A DNA stretch of 64,000 bases from a phage, in the NCBI GenBank assembly GCA_018015315.1, contig GCA_018015315.1_3629.1; one strand, written 5' to 3'. Within the stretch, counting starts at the first letter, position 1. Each line of letters opens with the position of its first letter. This document shows positions 45,506-55,015 of the stretch, piece after piece. A program made the translations under genes and the position numbers. The notes beneath the pieces are model-generated. The model was given only the letters and a program-made list of their open reading frames with translations, was not told the DNA's origin and did not search any database.

Positions 45506-47251
45506 TTAACGTTGTGCAATTACTACGTCTACAATATCACCAACACCACAATACGTTAATTGCAGCAAGGTAACACTGTTAGCCTTGTTGTTAATAACAG
45601 GTGTTGCCGACAGGATAGCATACTTATCGTGCAAAGTCACGTTGTGACCTACAGCATCCTGAATGACATAGATAACTGCAGTGAATGGATAAGGTTTATC
45701 TTCCGCTGATGTCCCAGGCCACTGACCTATTGTAAAATCCCCTTTAGCGTGGACAACATACATACTGGCCTGCCCGTTAGGTGTCCATGTCCCACTGGAC
45801 GCGTCAACCTCCTCTAAATCAAAATCTACCTTTCCTGCGTGGAAAGTAGGGGCAGTAATGGTTTTACCCGCCTCAATTTCTTGAGAGGTGGTTATCTTAC
45901 CGCTGGAGTTAATGCCATTACAAACAAAGTTGACATTAGAGAAGTCTGGCAGCCACCCAGTCACTGTGCCGGATATTTCAAGGTTGTGAAGGTAGGTGGT
46001 TCCCGTACCTGCTGCGTTTAAACTAACATCTCCATTTACCTGCAAGTTTCGGGTAACGTTGCAGTTTTCAGAGTTTGCAGTTGTTGCAGTTAAAGTGGTG
46101 GTTGTCAGCTCGGTAATTGTACCTTTATTAGCTGTAAGCCCTTCTCCTTCAAAAGTTGCACGCTCATTAACTCTTAAGGTATTCAGAGCTATGTTTTGGA
46201 TAGAGGCCGTACCTCGAATAACTACAGACCCGCCAACCTCCAAATCGCCATTTATCAATGCATCACCAGTGCTTTCAATATAGCTAGGGTAGATCATGGT
46301 GCCATCGACAGAGTATGTTATCCCTGTAACGGTACCTGTCACCTCAAGGTTCTTAACCCTGGTGGTCCCATCGACCTGCAATGTCGGTTCGGTTGCTGCC
46401 TTCATGGCATTACCACGAATGTACACGTAGTCAAAAAAGTTATTACCCAGACCATCAAAATGCACATCGTTATTATTAGCCACTGGTTTCCCAGAAGTTA
46501 TAGTGTCAGCTATAACCCTGTGGGTGGACACTTCATGAGGTTGCAGCTCTGTACTTCTCCAGTCTGCATGCTTAGGATCGCTCCACGCAAAAGTAAGTGT
46601 AGAAGTATTTGCCGTGAGGATTAGATTCCTAAAGCGTGCAGTAGAATCTGCCCCATTAACAGGTCCATGTAAGGTAAGGGTGCCACCAACTATGGTGTTA
46701 GCAAGTTCTGTAAGACCTTTTACCACCAAAGACCCTACAGTAACCTTCATCCCCTCCATAGCTTCAAATATGCTATCTACATAGTCAACAACAAACTCTG
46801 TGTTTGCTATAGACTCAGACTTATCGTCCATTGGAGGCGTAGGTACTCGCGGGTCACCTTCGAACCTTGGGCTGTTAAGTTTTGCGTAGTATTTTGCCAT
46901 TACTGCAGAGTCGGTATATAATCTCCAGTTTGGAGATTGTGAAGGATCTGCTGGCATTCTAACCGGGTTAGATTTTGATGCTGCGGGAGCGTACCACCAC
47001 TGAGGGCCTGTGTCCCCTTTAAACTCATATAGCTGGTTAAAAACTGTTGTGGATGCACCATACGCCCAAGGGATCGGCGGCGTTTTAAAATAAAGGGTGT
47101 CAAGCATGGCTTTTCGTACCGTAGGGATGGTGGTCCCATCCTCTACGACAACTTCATCCACAGCGTTACCGTTGACAATCAGGTGCAAACGTTCAGAATC
47201 AACAATTACTTGATCTACCGCCTGCTCAAAGCTTGTCATGTCTTGCGCCAT
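45506..47251 (-). CDS. tail fibre / tailspike-like protein (581 aa)
   Basis: Repetitive Gly/Thr/Asn-rich beta-type sequence; sits in fibre cluster. Confidence 0.65.
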   Translation of the reverse strand: MAQDMTSFEQAVDQVIVDSERLHLIVNGNAVDEVVVEDGTTIPTVRKAMLDTLYFKTPPIPWAYGASTTVFNQLYEFKGDTGPQWWYAPAASKSNPVRMPADPSQSPNWRLYTDSAVMAKYYAKLNSPRFEGDPRVPTPPMDDKSESIANTEFVVDYVDSIFEAMEGMKVTVGSLVVKGLTELANTIVGGTLTLHGPVNGADSTARFRNLILTANTSTLTFAWSDPKHADWRSTELQPHEVSTHRVIADTITSGKPVANNNDVHFDGLGNNFFDYVYIRGNAMKAATEPTLQVDGTTRVKNLEVTGTVTGITYSVDGTMIYPSYIESTGDALINGDLEVGGSVVIRGTASIQNIALNTLRVNERATFEGEGLTANKGTITELTTTTLTATTANSENCNVTRNLQVNGDVSLNAAGTGTTYLHNLEISGTVTGWLPDFSNVNFVCNGINSSGKITTSQEIEAGKTITAPTFHAGKVDFDLEEVDASSGTWTPNGQASMYVVHAKGDFTIGQWPGTSAEDKPYPFTAVIYVIQDAVGHNVTLHDKYAILSATPVINNKANSVTLLQLTYCGVGDIVDVVIAQR

Positions 47252-47260
47252 GATTTCTCC

Positions 47261-47527
47261 TTAAGCTTTTTGCTCTTCGTTTTTAACGTGGTCAGGGTGC
47301 TGGCAACCCCACCGGAGCGAGATGAATTTGCTAATAAGCTGGGGGCAGGCTACTGAAGGTGCATATATCCACGCATACCATTCAGGAAGCGTATCATTAT
47401 ACCCCATATGAATAAACACCCCAGTCATCACCGCCATGCCTATGTTCGACCATAGCTTAGATTGGGATACTTTCGTAGGGTCATCAGATGCCGCAACCAG
47501 TCCCCATAAAAACTGAGTTAGTTTCAT
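47261..47527 (-). CDS. hypothetical protein with one hydrophobic segment (88 aa)
   Basis: ORF track; hydrophobic NIGMAVMTGVFIHMG. Confidence 0.4.
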   Translation of the reverse strand: MKLTQFLWGLVAASDDPTKVSQSKLWSNIGMAVMTGVFIHMGYNDTLPEWYAWIYAPSVACPQLISKFISLRWGCQHPDHVKNEEQKA

Positions 47528-47538
47528 TTACCCTCTTT

Positions 47539-48585
47539 TTAAGCATAAGATATAGTGATCCATTGACCATTTACAAGTTTTTGGATAGCACCTGTCCAGT
47601 AGTCACCTTGATAAGGGTGTTTATAAGCGTAGTTACCAGAGCACATCACATGTCCAGGGTAGACTCTTGACTCTCTGTAGGTGGTTTTGAAACGGTTTGC
47701 TATCCTTACATCATCAACCCCTCTGCTAGGCATAGGAATAGTAAGGTTACCACTACTGTCTGCGCCGTTACCATTTACCCTGCGGACCACGTTTCTTCCA
47801 CCAACTGTTGCATATTGGCCCCTGACGGTTTCATCGTTACAATCAACTCTTCCACCTATTTGAGCGCTTCCGCAGGATTGTTGTCCATTAACAGTGGCTC
47901 TTGGTATAGTAACTGCATTGGCATTTGCAGAGGAACTTTTTGCATCGTTGCATTCAAGATTTCCTTGGATAGCCAGTCTTGCACGGTTGGCAGTTATAGC
48001 ATTGAGCTTCATAGCCGAAAACACAGGATGCCCACCAGAAGGTTGAAATCTCCAACGGAACCCGTCTATTTGGTGAGAAGGATCATCAAGGTCTGTGCCG
48101 TCAGCACCGCCGATGTTGTCCATAATCCAGAAGTCCATAGTCGTCTTGTCTGGAGTTATGGTGGTATATATTGCCGCATTGTCTGTTGACGCAGATGCAA
48201 ACTCGATTCTTTGAAGACCTAAAGTTTGAGTCTGAGTCATTATGTCTCCAGACTTGTCAACATACAGATCGTCCATTTCTTCAGGCGAGTATACATTGAG
48301 AACTTGACGTGCAGCAGCTTTGTCTGGAACGTCTGCTAGATTATTAGTGACCCTTAAGAATCTATTGTCCCATCCTGGGACAACATCCTCTGTTAAATGC
48401 TTTAACCACGCAGAAAGCATGTGAAGTTCAAAGTTAACAACTTCACATGCCACTCTTTGTGTCATATCCCAACCTTTCAATCTCTCTTCTTTTTTTGGTT
48501 GAGATTTATTCAACTCTCCCGTATTTTCAAGCACAACATCCTGATTGGCCCAAATATCAAGAGGGATAACTGGTTTAGTCATCAC
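47539..48585 (-). CDS. tail fibre protein, paralog A (348 aa)
   Basis: Conserved N-terminus and C-terminal tip IQKLVNGQWITISYA shared with 49597..50637; tip resembles recalled P2 gpH C-terminus. Confidence 0.65.
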   Translation of the reverse strand: MMTKPVIPLDIWANQDVVLENTGELNKSQPKKEERLKGWDMTQRVACEVVNFELHMLSAWLKHLTEDVVPGWDNRFLRVTNNLADVPDKAAARQVLNVYSPEEMDDLYVDKSGDIMTQTQTLGLQRIEFASASTDNAAIYTTITPDKTTMDFWIMDNIGGADGTDLDDPSHQIDGFRWRFQPSGGHPVFSAMKLNAITANRARLAIQGNLECNDAKSSSANANAVTIPRATVNGQQSCGSAQIGGRVDCNDETVRGQYATVGGRNVVRRVNGNGADSSGNLTIPMPSRGVDDVRIANRFKTTYRESRVYPGHVMCSGNYAYKHPYQGDYWTGAIQKLVNGQWITISYA

Positions 48586-48671
48586 GTTCTCCTGAGAAAA
48601 TTCCTTAGGACTATTTTAACACTTTAGGGAACAAAATGCAAGAACGGAGTCCTTTCCGTCCTGACCTTTGT

Positions 48672-48986
48672 TTACCTTTTACTATGCTCTACAAGCATGT
48701 GCAAAATCTTTTGTACATCAGCTCTGATGCCGGAGACATCTGTCCTAACATCCTGCTTAAGGTCGTTAATATCGGCCTCTAGCTTGCTTAACCGAGTCTC
48801 GATAATAGAATCAAGTTTATCTTTTGTAACCATACTGTTTTTCACTAAGATGAGGTCTTTCTCCAGTTCATCCAACCTCTTGGAAATGCCTTTCCATTTG
48901 GTGTGCCACTGGTTGAAAGCCCATACACAGATCGGGACAACGGTACCCATGCAGATACCGTACAATGCCGCCAAATCCAACTCCAC
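48672..48986 (-). CDS. membrane-anchored coiled-coil protein (104 aa)
   Basis: N-terminal hydrophobic segment then charged heptad region. Confidence 0.45.
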   Translation of the reverse strand: MELDLAALYGICMGTVVPICVWAFNQWHTKWKGISKRLDELEKDLILVKNSMVTKDKLDSIIETRLSKLEADINDLKQDVRTDVSGIRADVQKILHMLVEHSKR

Positions 48987-48997
48987 AACACCTCCTC

Positions 48998-49582
48998 TTA
49001 GAGGGTAGGTCGCTCCGGGAAGAAAATGTCAGGGGCTTTAGATGTATCTATTTCAAGAAGTTTTACCCTGTACATTTTCAAATCTCTGATGTTACGTTTC
49101 TGGTCATCAGTAAGATCATATTCAAGGTCAATCATGTCTTGATAGGCACCAATTCTAGCAGTAGCCCAAGCAAGTTCTGTCTCTATGACACCCTCTGCCT
49201 GTTGAACAAAGAATTCATTGTCTGTGACAAATTCATCACCAACTAAACGCAAAGCGTCGTGGTGAAGCATAATGTTTTCTGGTACCTCTTCTTTTTTGGC
49301 GATAACCACACGAAGACCTGGAGCAGGCCATAGGGCATCAGGTTCTTCTGTAGATGTCTTAAGAATTCCCTTCTCGTCAACAAGTAGGAAGATACAACCA
49401 GGATTTTCTTGTCGTAATGTTCGTGACTGCACATACCAATCGCCATCATCATTACGTAAAAAATACCCAGTGTATGCGGTGTAATCCTCAACCTCTTGAG
49501 GGGTCAGCTCCTTGGTTCCCTTGTTGGGGAGGTATTCGCCAGATCCCGGTTGGTAAAGTTTAAACTCTTGAAGTATTTTCAT
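48998..49582 (-). CDS. tail fibre assembly chaperone (Tfa-like)
   Basis: C-terminal RNIRDLKMYRVKLLEIDTSKAPDIFFPERP matches recalled Tfa signature; directly follows a fibre gene. Confidence 0.7.
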   Translation of the reverse strand: MKILQEFKLYQPGSGEYLPNKGTKELTPQEVEDYTAYTGYFLRNDDGDWYVQSRTLRQENPGCIFLLVDEKGILKTSTEEPDALWPAPGLRVVIAKKEEVPENIMLHHDALRLVGDEFVTDNEFFVQQAEGVIETELAWATARIGAYQDMIDLEYDLTDDQKRNIRDLKMYRVKLLEIDTSKAPDIFFPERPTL

Positions 49583-49596
49583 GCTAGTCCTCCGAT

Positions 49597-50637
49597 CTAT
49601 GCATAATTAACAGTGATCCATTGACCATTTACAAGTTTTTGTAAAGGTCCTGCCCAGTAGGTTGAACCACGCATCTCTTTTTTGTCACCGAAATGCCAAC
49701 CTGTGACAACGTAGCCGTTGCGAATTGGAGATTCGGAAACGCCGTCAACAAGTCTTGCACCGATTCTGATGTCTTGCACACCTGTCTGCGGGATAGTGAT
49801 CGTTACATCACCGTTGCCGTTAGCTGTCACTCCATTCACGGAGCGCACCACATTTCTGTTACCGACAACACAGTGCTGGCTTCTTACAACCATACTGTCA
49901 CAACTTGCACCACCATTAATATATACTGACCCAGCCGTCAACTGACTAGCCACATTACAGTTGGTGAATGTTGCTGTATTGCTGATAGTAAGGTTATTGC
50001 ACCTCATGTTATCGACAACTTCAACATTGCCTACCACTTTCAACAGCGCACGGTTAGCCGTGATCGCGTTAAGGTACATCAAAGTGAACTCTGGATTAAT
50101 ATCCGGCTGAGTTGGCTGGAATCTCCAACGAAACGCATCTACTGTAGATGTACCACCATCATCAAACGACCCAATATTATCACTTAACCCGAAGTCGAGA
50201 GTTGTCTTATCTGGGCCAATAGTTGTCTCTATCCAAGCCTTATCTGTCTCGGCAGCTTTAAAGTTGATACGTTGCAAACCCAATGGGCCTGTCATTGTAT
50301 CACCTGTAACTTTTACATACCTGGCGTCTGCCTCTTCCTTAGTAATAATCCCAAGGTTTCTACGGGCAACAGGAATGTTCAAAAGATCACTCAAGTTATT
50401 ATCACGTACCAGATAACGGCCTTCTTGAGCGGGGATCTGCTCGTCAGCAATGTATTTTGCCCAAGTTCCGAGCATATTGAAAATATAGTTAAGTTCTTCA
50501 CATGAGGGCTTTTGACCAAGATCCCAACCTTTTCTCCACAAATCATCAATCGGGCGTAGCCTGTTCTGTCTGTGGGTGTTAGGCAGAACCTGATCCTCCT
50601 CTGCCCAAATCTCTAATGGAAAACTAGGTTTTGACAT
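49597..50637 (-). CDS. tail fibre protein, paralog B (346 aa)
   Basis: N-terminus MSKPSFPLEIWAEEDQVLPNT and tip LQKLVNGQWITVNYA shared with paralog A; central region divergent. Confidence 0.7.
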   Translation of the reverse strand: MSKPSFPLEIWAEEDQVLPNTHRQNRLRPIDDLWRKGWDLGQKPSCEELNYIFNMLGTWAKYIADEQIPAQEGRYLVRDNNLSDLLNIPVARRNLGIITKEEADARYVKVTGDTMTGPLGLQRINFKAAETDKAWIETTIGPDKTTLDFGLSDNIGSFDDGGTSTVDAFRWRFQPTQPDINPEFTLMYLNAITANRALLKVVGNVEVVDNMRCNNLTISNTATFTNCNVASQLTAGSVYINGGASCDSMVVRSQHCVVGNRNVVRSVNGVTANGNGDVTITIPQTGVQDIRIGARLVDGVSESPIRNGYVVTGWHFGDKKEMRGSTYWAGPLQKLVNGQWITVNYA

Positions 50638-50649
50638 TTTATCTCCTGA

Positions 50650-52722
50650 TTATGAGAAGTCTGGCGGGACAACATCCTCTACATACCCTTTCAGAGCAAC
50701 CTGCCCCATATGAAGCACGGTAGAATCTCTAGCGGTAACAGTGATGCTGTCAGACATTACTTGCGGATATGCCCACACATACTGTTTTACCTCAGGGTAT
50801 CTATACTCTATAGTTGCCATGTTTCCGCAAATACATCTCCATAAAAATTCTTGGTAATTCCTGGTTGGGTCGTAGCCATATACCGGAGCAAGCTCTTTAC
50901 TAGGAACGAACCCTGCAAGGTATTGTATTTCAGACGGTTGCCAACCTAACTTAACGATAGGTATGTTTACAGACTCTTTTGCCTTTTCAATACCTCCCTG
51001 CATCACCCAATCGTAGCACTCAGTGCAGAAGAAATCAAGAGCACCTGCTTCCTTTTTATATTGGTCAGCAAGGTTCAGCTTTTGCGTAAGCTCGGTTTCC
51101 ATAATGGTTGGGAAAAACAGCAAAGCTGTCATCTGAGCTGATGCAGCGTGTGCTTTTATTGCCTTTGAAATAGCAGCAATACGAGCGCCAAGCTTACCAC
51201 GACAAAATGCTACATACTTGTCGTAAACACCGCCAGTTTTAGGATCGTCAATAGTCCCAATATCTAAGGCATACTCTCCTGTCTCATCATAAAACGCCTG
51301 TTTTGTAGGGTAATCATAAATACAAGGTCTACGAGTATCGGTATTGTACCACCACCACGGTTCACCAACCTGCATAATCACTGGCAGGTTGTTTCTCATA
51401 GCGACTGATGCAAAATTCTTAAATACTGCAGTAAGGAAATTCATACCCTCTTCAATGGTTGGAGACAGGAGGTAGCTACAAGGTGTATATCCTGTTTTAG
51501 CGTAGTTATCATTCCAGTCTCTTTGGGTCCATTCCAACGGGCAGGCATCGCTGTAAAGCTCAAAACTTACAGACTGCATAACGTCGAAGTTATGTCGTTT
51601 GGCATTGTACATAAAATCATCATGCCATTTATAAGCTGCAGCGTTTAGCGCCCCTGTTCTGTTTATAGACCATTGGGTTCCTGACCATGTGTAGTCATAA
51701 TAATGACTCATACCAACATAATGGTTTATGGTTCCGGTATAGCCCAGACGCTTGATATTGTTCAACACCCTTAAAGGAGATACGTTCCACATATCGTCAT
51801 ATGCGGTGCAGATCCCAACGTCGTGCTCTTTAACCTGAATATTGTTAAGTTGCATCATTTTCCAGCCCGTGTCTGGCTGAAGCAGATCTAGGCGCAACTC
51901 ACACTCTACATTTTCCGTTCTCGGGTCTGTGCTATTACTTACCCAGTCTTTAGGCATGAGCGGTATTAAAATTCTTCTCACCTGTCGAGGATCAACACCC
52001 ATCATGTTGTTGTTCTGATCCATCCCGACGCAGTCCTCGAAATCAATATGAATCTCTGCAACATTCTTATCCTCTGAGATGCTGACAGCATATTGAGCTA
52101 AAGGAACATAGATGATTGTACCATCAACAAGGTCTACAGTCATAATCATCTTTTCAGGAGTGGAGAAGTTGCTGGCATTGGTTATTGACATTCTGAACCA
52201 AAGCTTGGTGTTTCTCATCTCATAGTGATCATCAAACCCAATACCGAAATGGTCATACTTGTCAACTGTTTCCCAAATGCACCCAGCCATACCTCCATAT
52301 GTTCTTGACACTAAACGGTTAATACAACAGTTGTCATCTGCAACAATACAGGTACTTTCAGTCTGCTGAGTGGTTGTAACCCAATATCTTGGGTGAAACA
52401 TTCTCTCCTCGACAGTATCCCAAGATATTCTGTCAAGATTCTCATCTGAAACTATTGTACATTTCGCCCTTTGTGTCCCAATCATCACCCCTTGAGATTT
52501 TGATGAAAACTCCATAAAGAAGCTTCTTGGTAACCTGTTGGGTAATTTGTCAACAATTTCCACTGGGATTTCAATACTGGTTGCCCCAACTGGGATAGTT
52601 ATATCGCCCTCAACATGATCATAATCCCTACCAGGAACGGCAGTATCCTGAACTGTGCGGTAATGAAACCGTGCAGCCATTGTAGAGTAATCACGGTAAG
52701 GTTTAAAAACAGCTGTTGCCAT
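50650..52722 (-). CDS. large structural (tail/baseplate-associated) protein, function unresolved (690 aa)
   Basis: ORF track; sits between baseplate-like genes and fibre genes. Confidence 0.6.
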   Translation of the reverse strand: MATAVFKPYRDYSTMAARFHYRTVQDTAVPGRDYDHVEGDITIPVGATSIEIPVEIVDKLPNRLPRSFFMEFSSKSQGVMIGTQRAKCTIVSDENLDRISWDTVEERMFHPRYWVTTTQQTESTCIVADDNCCINRLVSRTYGGMAGCIWETVDKYDHFGIGFDDHYEMRNTKLWFRMSITNASNFSTPEKMIMTVDLVDGTIIYVPLAQYAVSISEDKNVAEIHIDFEDCVGMDQNNNMMGVDPRQVRRILIPLMPKDWVSNSTDPRTENVECELRLDLLQPDTGWKMMQLNNIQVKEHDVGICTAYDDMWNVSPLRVLNNIKRLGYTGTINHYVGMSHYYDYTWSGTQWSINRTGALNAAAYKWHDDFMYNAKRHNFDVMQSVSFELYSDACPLEWTQRDWNDNYAKTGYTPCSYLLSPTIEEGMNFLTAVFKNFASVAMRNNLPVIMQVGEPWWWYNTDTRRPCIYDYPTKQAFYDETGEYALDIGTIDDPKTGGVYDKYVAFCRGKLGARIAAISKAIKAHAASAQMTALLFFPTIMETELTQKLNLADQYKKEAGALDFFCTECYDWVMQGGIEKAKESVNIPIVKLGWQPSEIQYLAGFVPSKELAPVYGYDPTRNYQEFLWRCICGNMATIEYRYPEVKQYVWAYPQVMSDSITVTARDSTVLHMGQVALKGYVEDVVPPDFS

Positions 52723-53408
52723 TAACCCTCCTGTCTAGTTGCGTTTACTGTAATACTTTCACAATAAATGGTTGTGGTGTCCCAATCAGGTCTTACGTCA
52801 GGAACATACAGCAAAGTAGCCAGCCCACCAACTCCGAATTGGTTTTCTTCCCACACTGATCCGAAGCCAAGAGCTGCAGAGTCACCTTCAAAACCAAAAG
52901 CTTGCCCTTGCGATTCTGTAAGACGCAAATGACAAGGCAGTGGTAGCATGTCTAAGATCTGATCAATAGACTGCAATATGTCAAAGCAAGTTTTTCTAAT
53001 ATTTATGTCAAACCTGAAGTTGTCTCCTTTCCACGTATCGAAATTGTTTCTTCCGAACAATTGTCGCAAGGTGGAGATGACATCTTCGCGAGTCCCGCCC
53101 CTTGATGCTGCGGCCTGCTGAATAATTAGTGTGGCACGAAAATCAGCATCTGAAAGTCCATTCCTAAGAATACCGAGTTGATTACCAACTTCGTCAAGGT
53201 ATCTTCCGCTGGCATTATTAAGCAATCTTCCTTCAGCCAAACCTACCAGCATCTTATCAACATCCTCCAACCTTTTAAGGTACACGGTTAAGAATGTGAC
53301 TAAATTAACCTTCTCAGCCAGAAAATCTCCAGGCAGGTAGTCAAGACCTCCCTGAACAAAATCTGGCAGAGTGTGGATGTGGTTAACATCCGACTTAATC
53401 TCTGCCAT
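52722..53408 (-). CDS. baseplate-associated protein, possibly P2 gpI-like (228 aa)
   Basis: Position immediately after baseplate-J-like gene as in P2/Mu; weak sequence recall only. Confidence 0.45.
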   Translation of the reverse strand: MAEIKSDVNHIHTLPDFVQGGLDYLPGDFLAEKVNLVTFLTVYLKRLEDVDKMLVGLAEGRLLNNASGRYLDEVGNQLGILRNGLSDADFRATLIIQQAAASRGGTREDVISTLRQLFGRNNFDTWKGDNFRFDINIRKTCFDILQSIDQILDMLPLPCHLRLTESQGQAFGFEGDSAALGFGSVWEENQFGVGGLATLLYVPDVRPDWDTTTIYCESITVNATRQEG

Positions 53409-53419
53409 ATCTCGCCGCC

Positions 53420-54910
53420 TTAAATAGTTTGTTGGAAAGTTATATTACTTTCATCGAGGTCAAACACCTCGGTCATGTTTGCAACAATATCGTTTGCAGT
53501 GTAAGCTTCATCAGAAGCCCCCACAGGTTTAACTTGAATTACCAGTCTATTAAATCTACCTATCGACACAGCAGCAGATGCAGCACCAACCAATTGGATA
53601 TTGTACAACGTATCTGCAACATCCAGTCCGTTAACAACCTGCAAAAGAGCCTCTACAATGGCATCTTTTTCGGTTGTGGAAAGCGCAGCACCGGAGTAGG
53701 TAATTCTTACATCCAGGCGGTAGGTATTTGCCTTGGAATAATAAATTCTTTCAGTTTGACCGTCAGATGTAGTTACATCGTAGAAAATATTACCATAAGT
53801 TCTGTTCGTACAGGCTATAGTTTGGTAAAGTGCTTGGCAAATGTCCTCCGTTGCACCACCAAACACAACCACTTGGAACTTGTAAGGAGGTATACCTTTA
53901 GCATCAGTTTTATCGGTGTTGTTGGAGAACACTCTCACTTTCTCAACACCTTTCACCTCGCTTACCGCGCTAAGGATTGCAGGACGGGTAGCCTTCGATG
54001 TTAACTGTTTAGTGCTGGAAGCTCTTAAGCGATACTCGGAATCTTTCTCAACATCCCTGCCCTCGTTGAATCTTTCGCGGTTGGTAAGCTTGATAAATCC
54101 ACTGGGAGTAGGTGACATTGTTGTCACGGTTTCTGCCTCTCTTGACAGCTCACCAGCCTCGTTAGCGATAACATCCAAGGTGATGGTTCTTTCCCCTACA
54201 ATCGGGGATACTCTGAAATCTACCCTACTATTAAGTCCAACTTGATCAAGATTCGAATTGTACCCTATCCACAACGTTCCTGTCAACATATCGATCTGAA
54301 TCAAATCGTCGTTCAACAGGGTTGTATTATCGACAATGAATTGCTTAATCTCTCCGTAAAAGCTTGGCAGATCAGAAGAGTCCAGAGCCTTATCTGTTAA
54401 AACCAAACTTTTTGTTTTGATACTTCCATCTGTCTGGTTGGTAATTTGAAAGTTGTATTTACCAATCCTTAGGTCTGGAGCATTTATTCTGTGGGCAATA
54501 AGATTCCCTGCCACTTGCACATCATTACTAAGAACAAAGTTGCCACTATCCAGCGTATAAGTTTTGGAATCATAAATCATATTGTACGGCACAGTTGTGT
54601 TGATCGTCAACTGGCAGGTACCTGATGATTTAGAACGGCCTCTTCGGTAAATACCTTGTCTTCCAAGAAGTTCGTCTAGGTAAATACCTTCTGCCCCATA
54701 CAGCGTCTGTGATGCGTATACAGATGCTGCCATAAGAATAAGTTGATACTCTCGCTCGTTGAAGATAGTGGTCAGCTTATCTGCAACGGAGTTACTCTGT
54801 ACGTTGAAGTTTTCGCCAAAAGCACGGATCAGGCTTTGCTTAGTTTCAACGATTAGGTCATTTAGGGTTGGTATAACGAAACCAGCCTCTGTCAATCCAT
54901 ACTTAGCCAC
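53420..54910 (-). CDS. baseplate J-like protein
   Basis: N-terminal IPTLNDLIVETKQSLIRAFG resembles Baseplate_J (Mu gp47/P2 J) N-terminus; GTG start with SD GGAGGAG. Confidence 0.55.
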   Translation of the reverse strand: MAKYGLTEAGFVIPTLNDLIVETKQSLIRAFGENFNVQSNSVADKLTTIFNEREYQLILMAASVYASQTLYGAEGIYLDELLGRQGIYRRGRSKSSGTCQLTINTTVPYNMIYDSKTYTLDSGNFVLSNDVQVAGNLIAHRINAPDLRIGKYNFQITNQTDGSIKTKSLVLTDKALDSSDLPSFYGEIKQFIVDNTTLLNDDLIQIDMLTGTLWIGYNSNLDQVGLNSRVDFRVSPIVGERTITLDVIANEAGELSREAETVTTMSPTPSGFIKLTNRERFNEGRDVEKDSEYRLRASSTKQLTSKATRPAILSAVSEVKGVEKVRVFSNNTDKTDAKGIPPYKFQVVVFGGATEDICQALYQTIACTNRTYGNIFYDVTTSDGQTERIYYSKANTYRLDVRITYSGAALSTTEKDAIVEALLQVVNGLDVADTLYNIQLVGAASAAVSIGRFNRLVIQVKPVGASDEAYTANDIVANMTEVFDLDESNITFQQTI

Positions 54911-54978
54911 GTCACTCCTCCGGTATGAAAATCTCTACAAGGTATTTTACCAAATTTTGTAACAATAGTCAATCTGAG

Positions 54979-55006
54979 CATAAAAATAAACCCCGCCGAA
55001 GCGGGG
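54979..55006 (-). terminator. intrinsic terminator, UUCG-loop family
   Basis: AGCCCCGC-UUCG-GCGGGG then UUUAUUUUUAUG. Confidence 0.7.
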
Positions 55007-55015
55007 CTTTAAAGG

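Noticed and set aside
53429-54004. 191-aa plus ORF opposite baseplate J-like gene
   Set aside because: Antisense shadow ORF.
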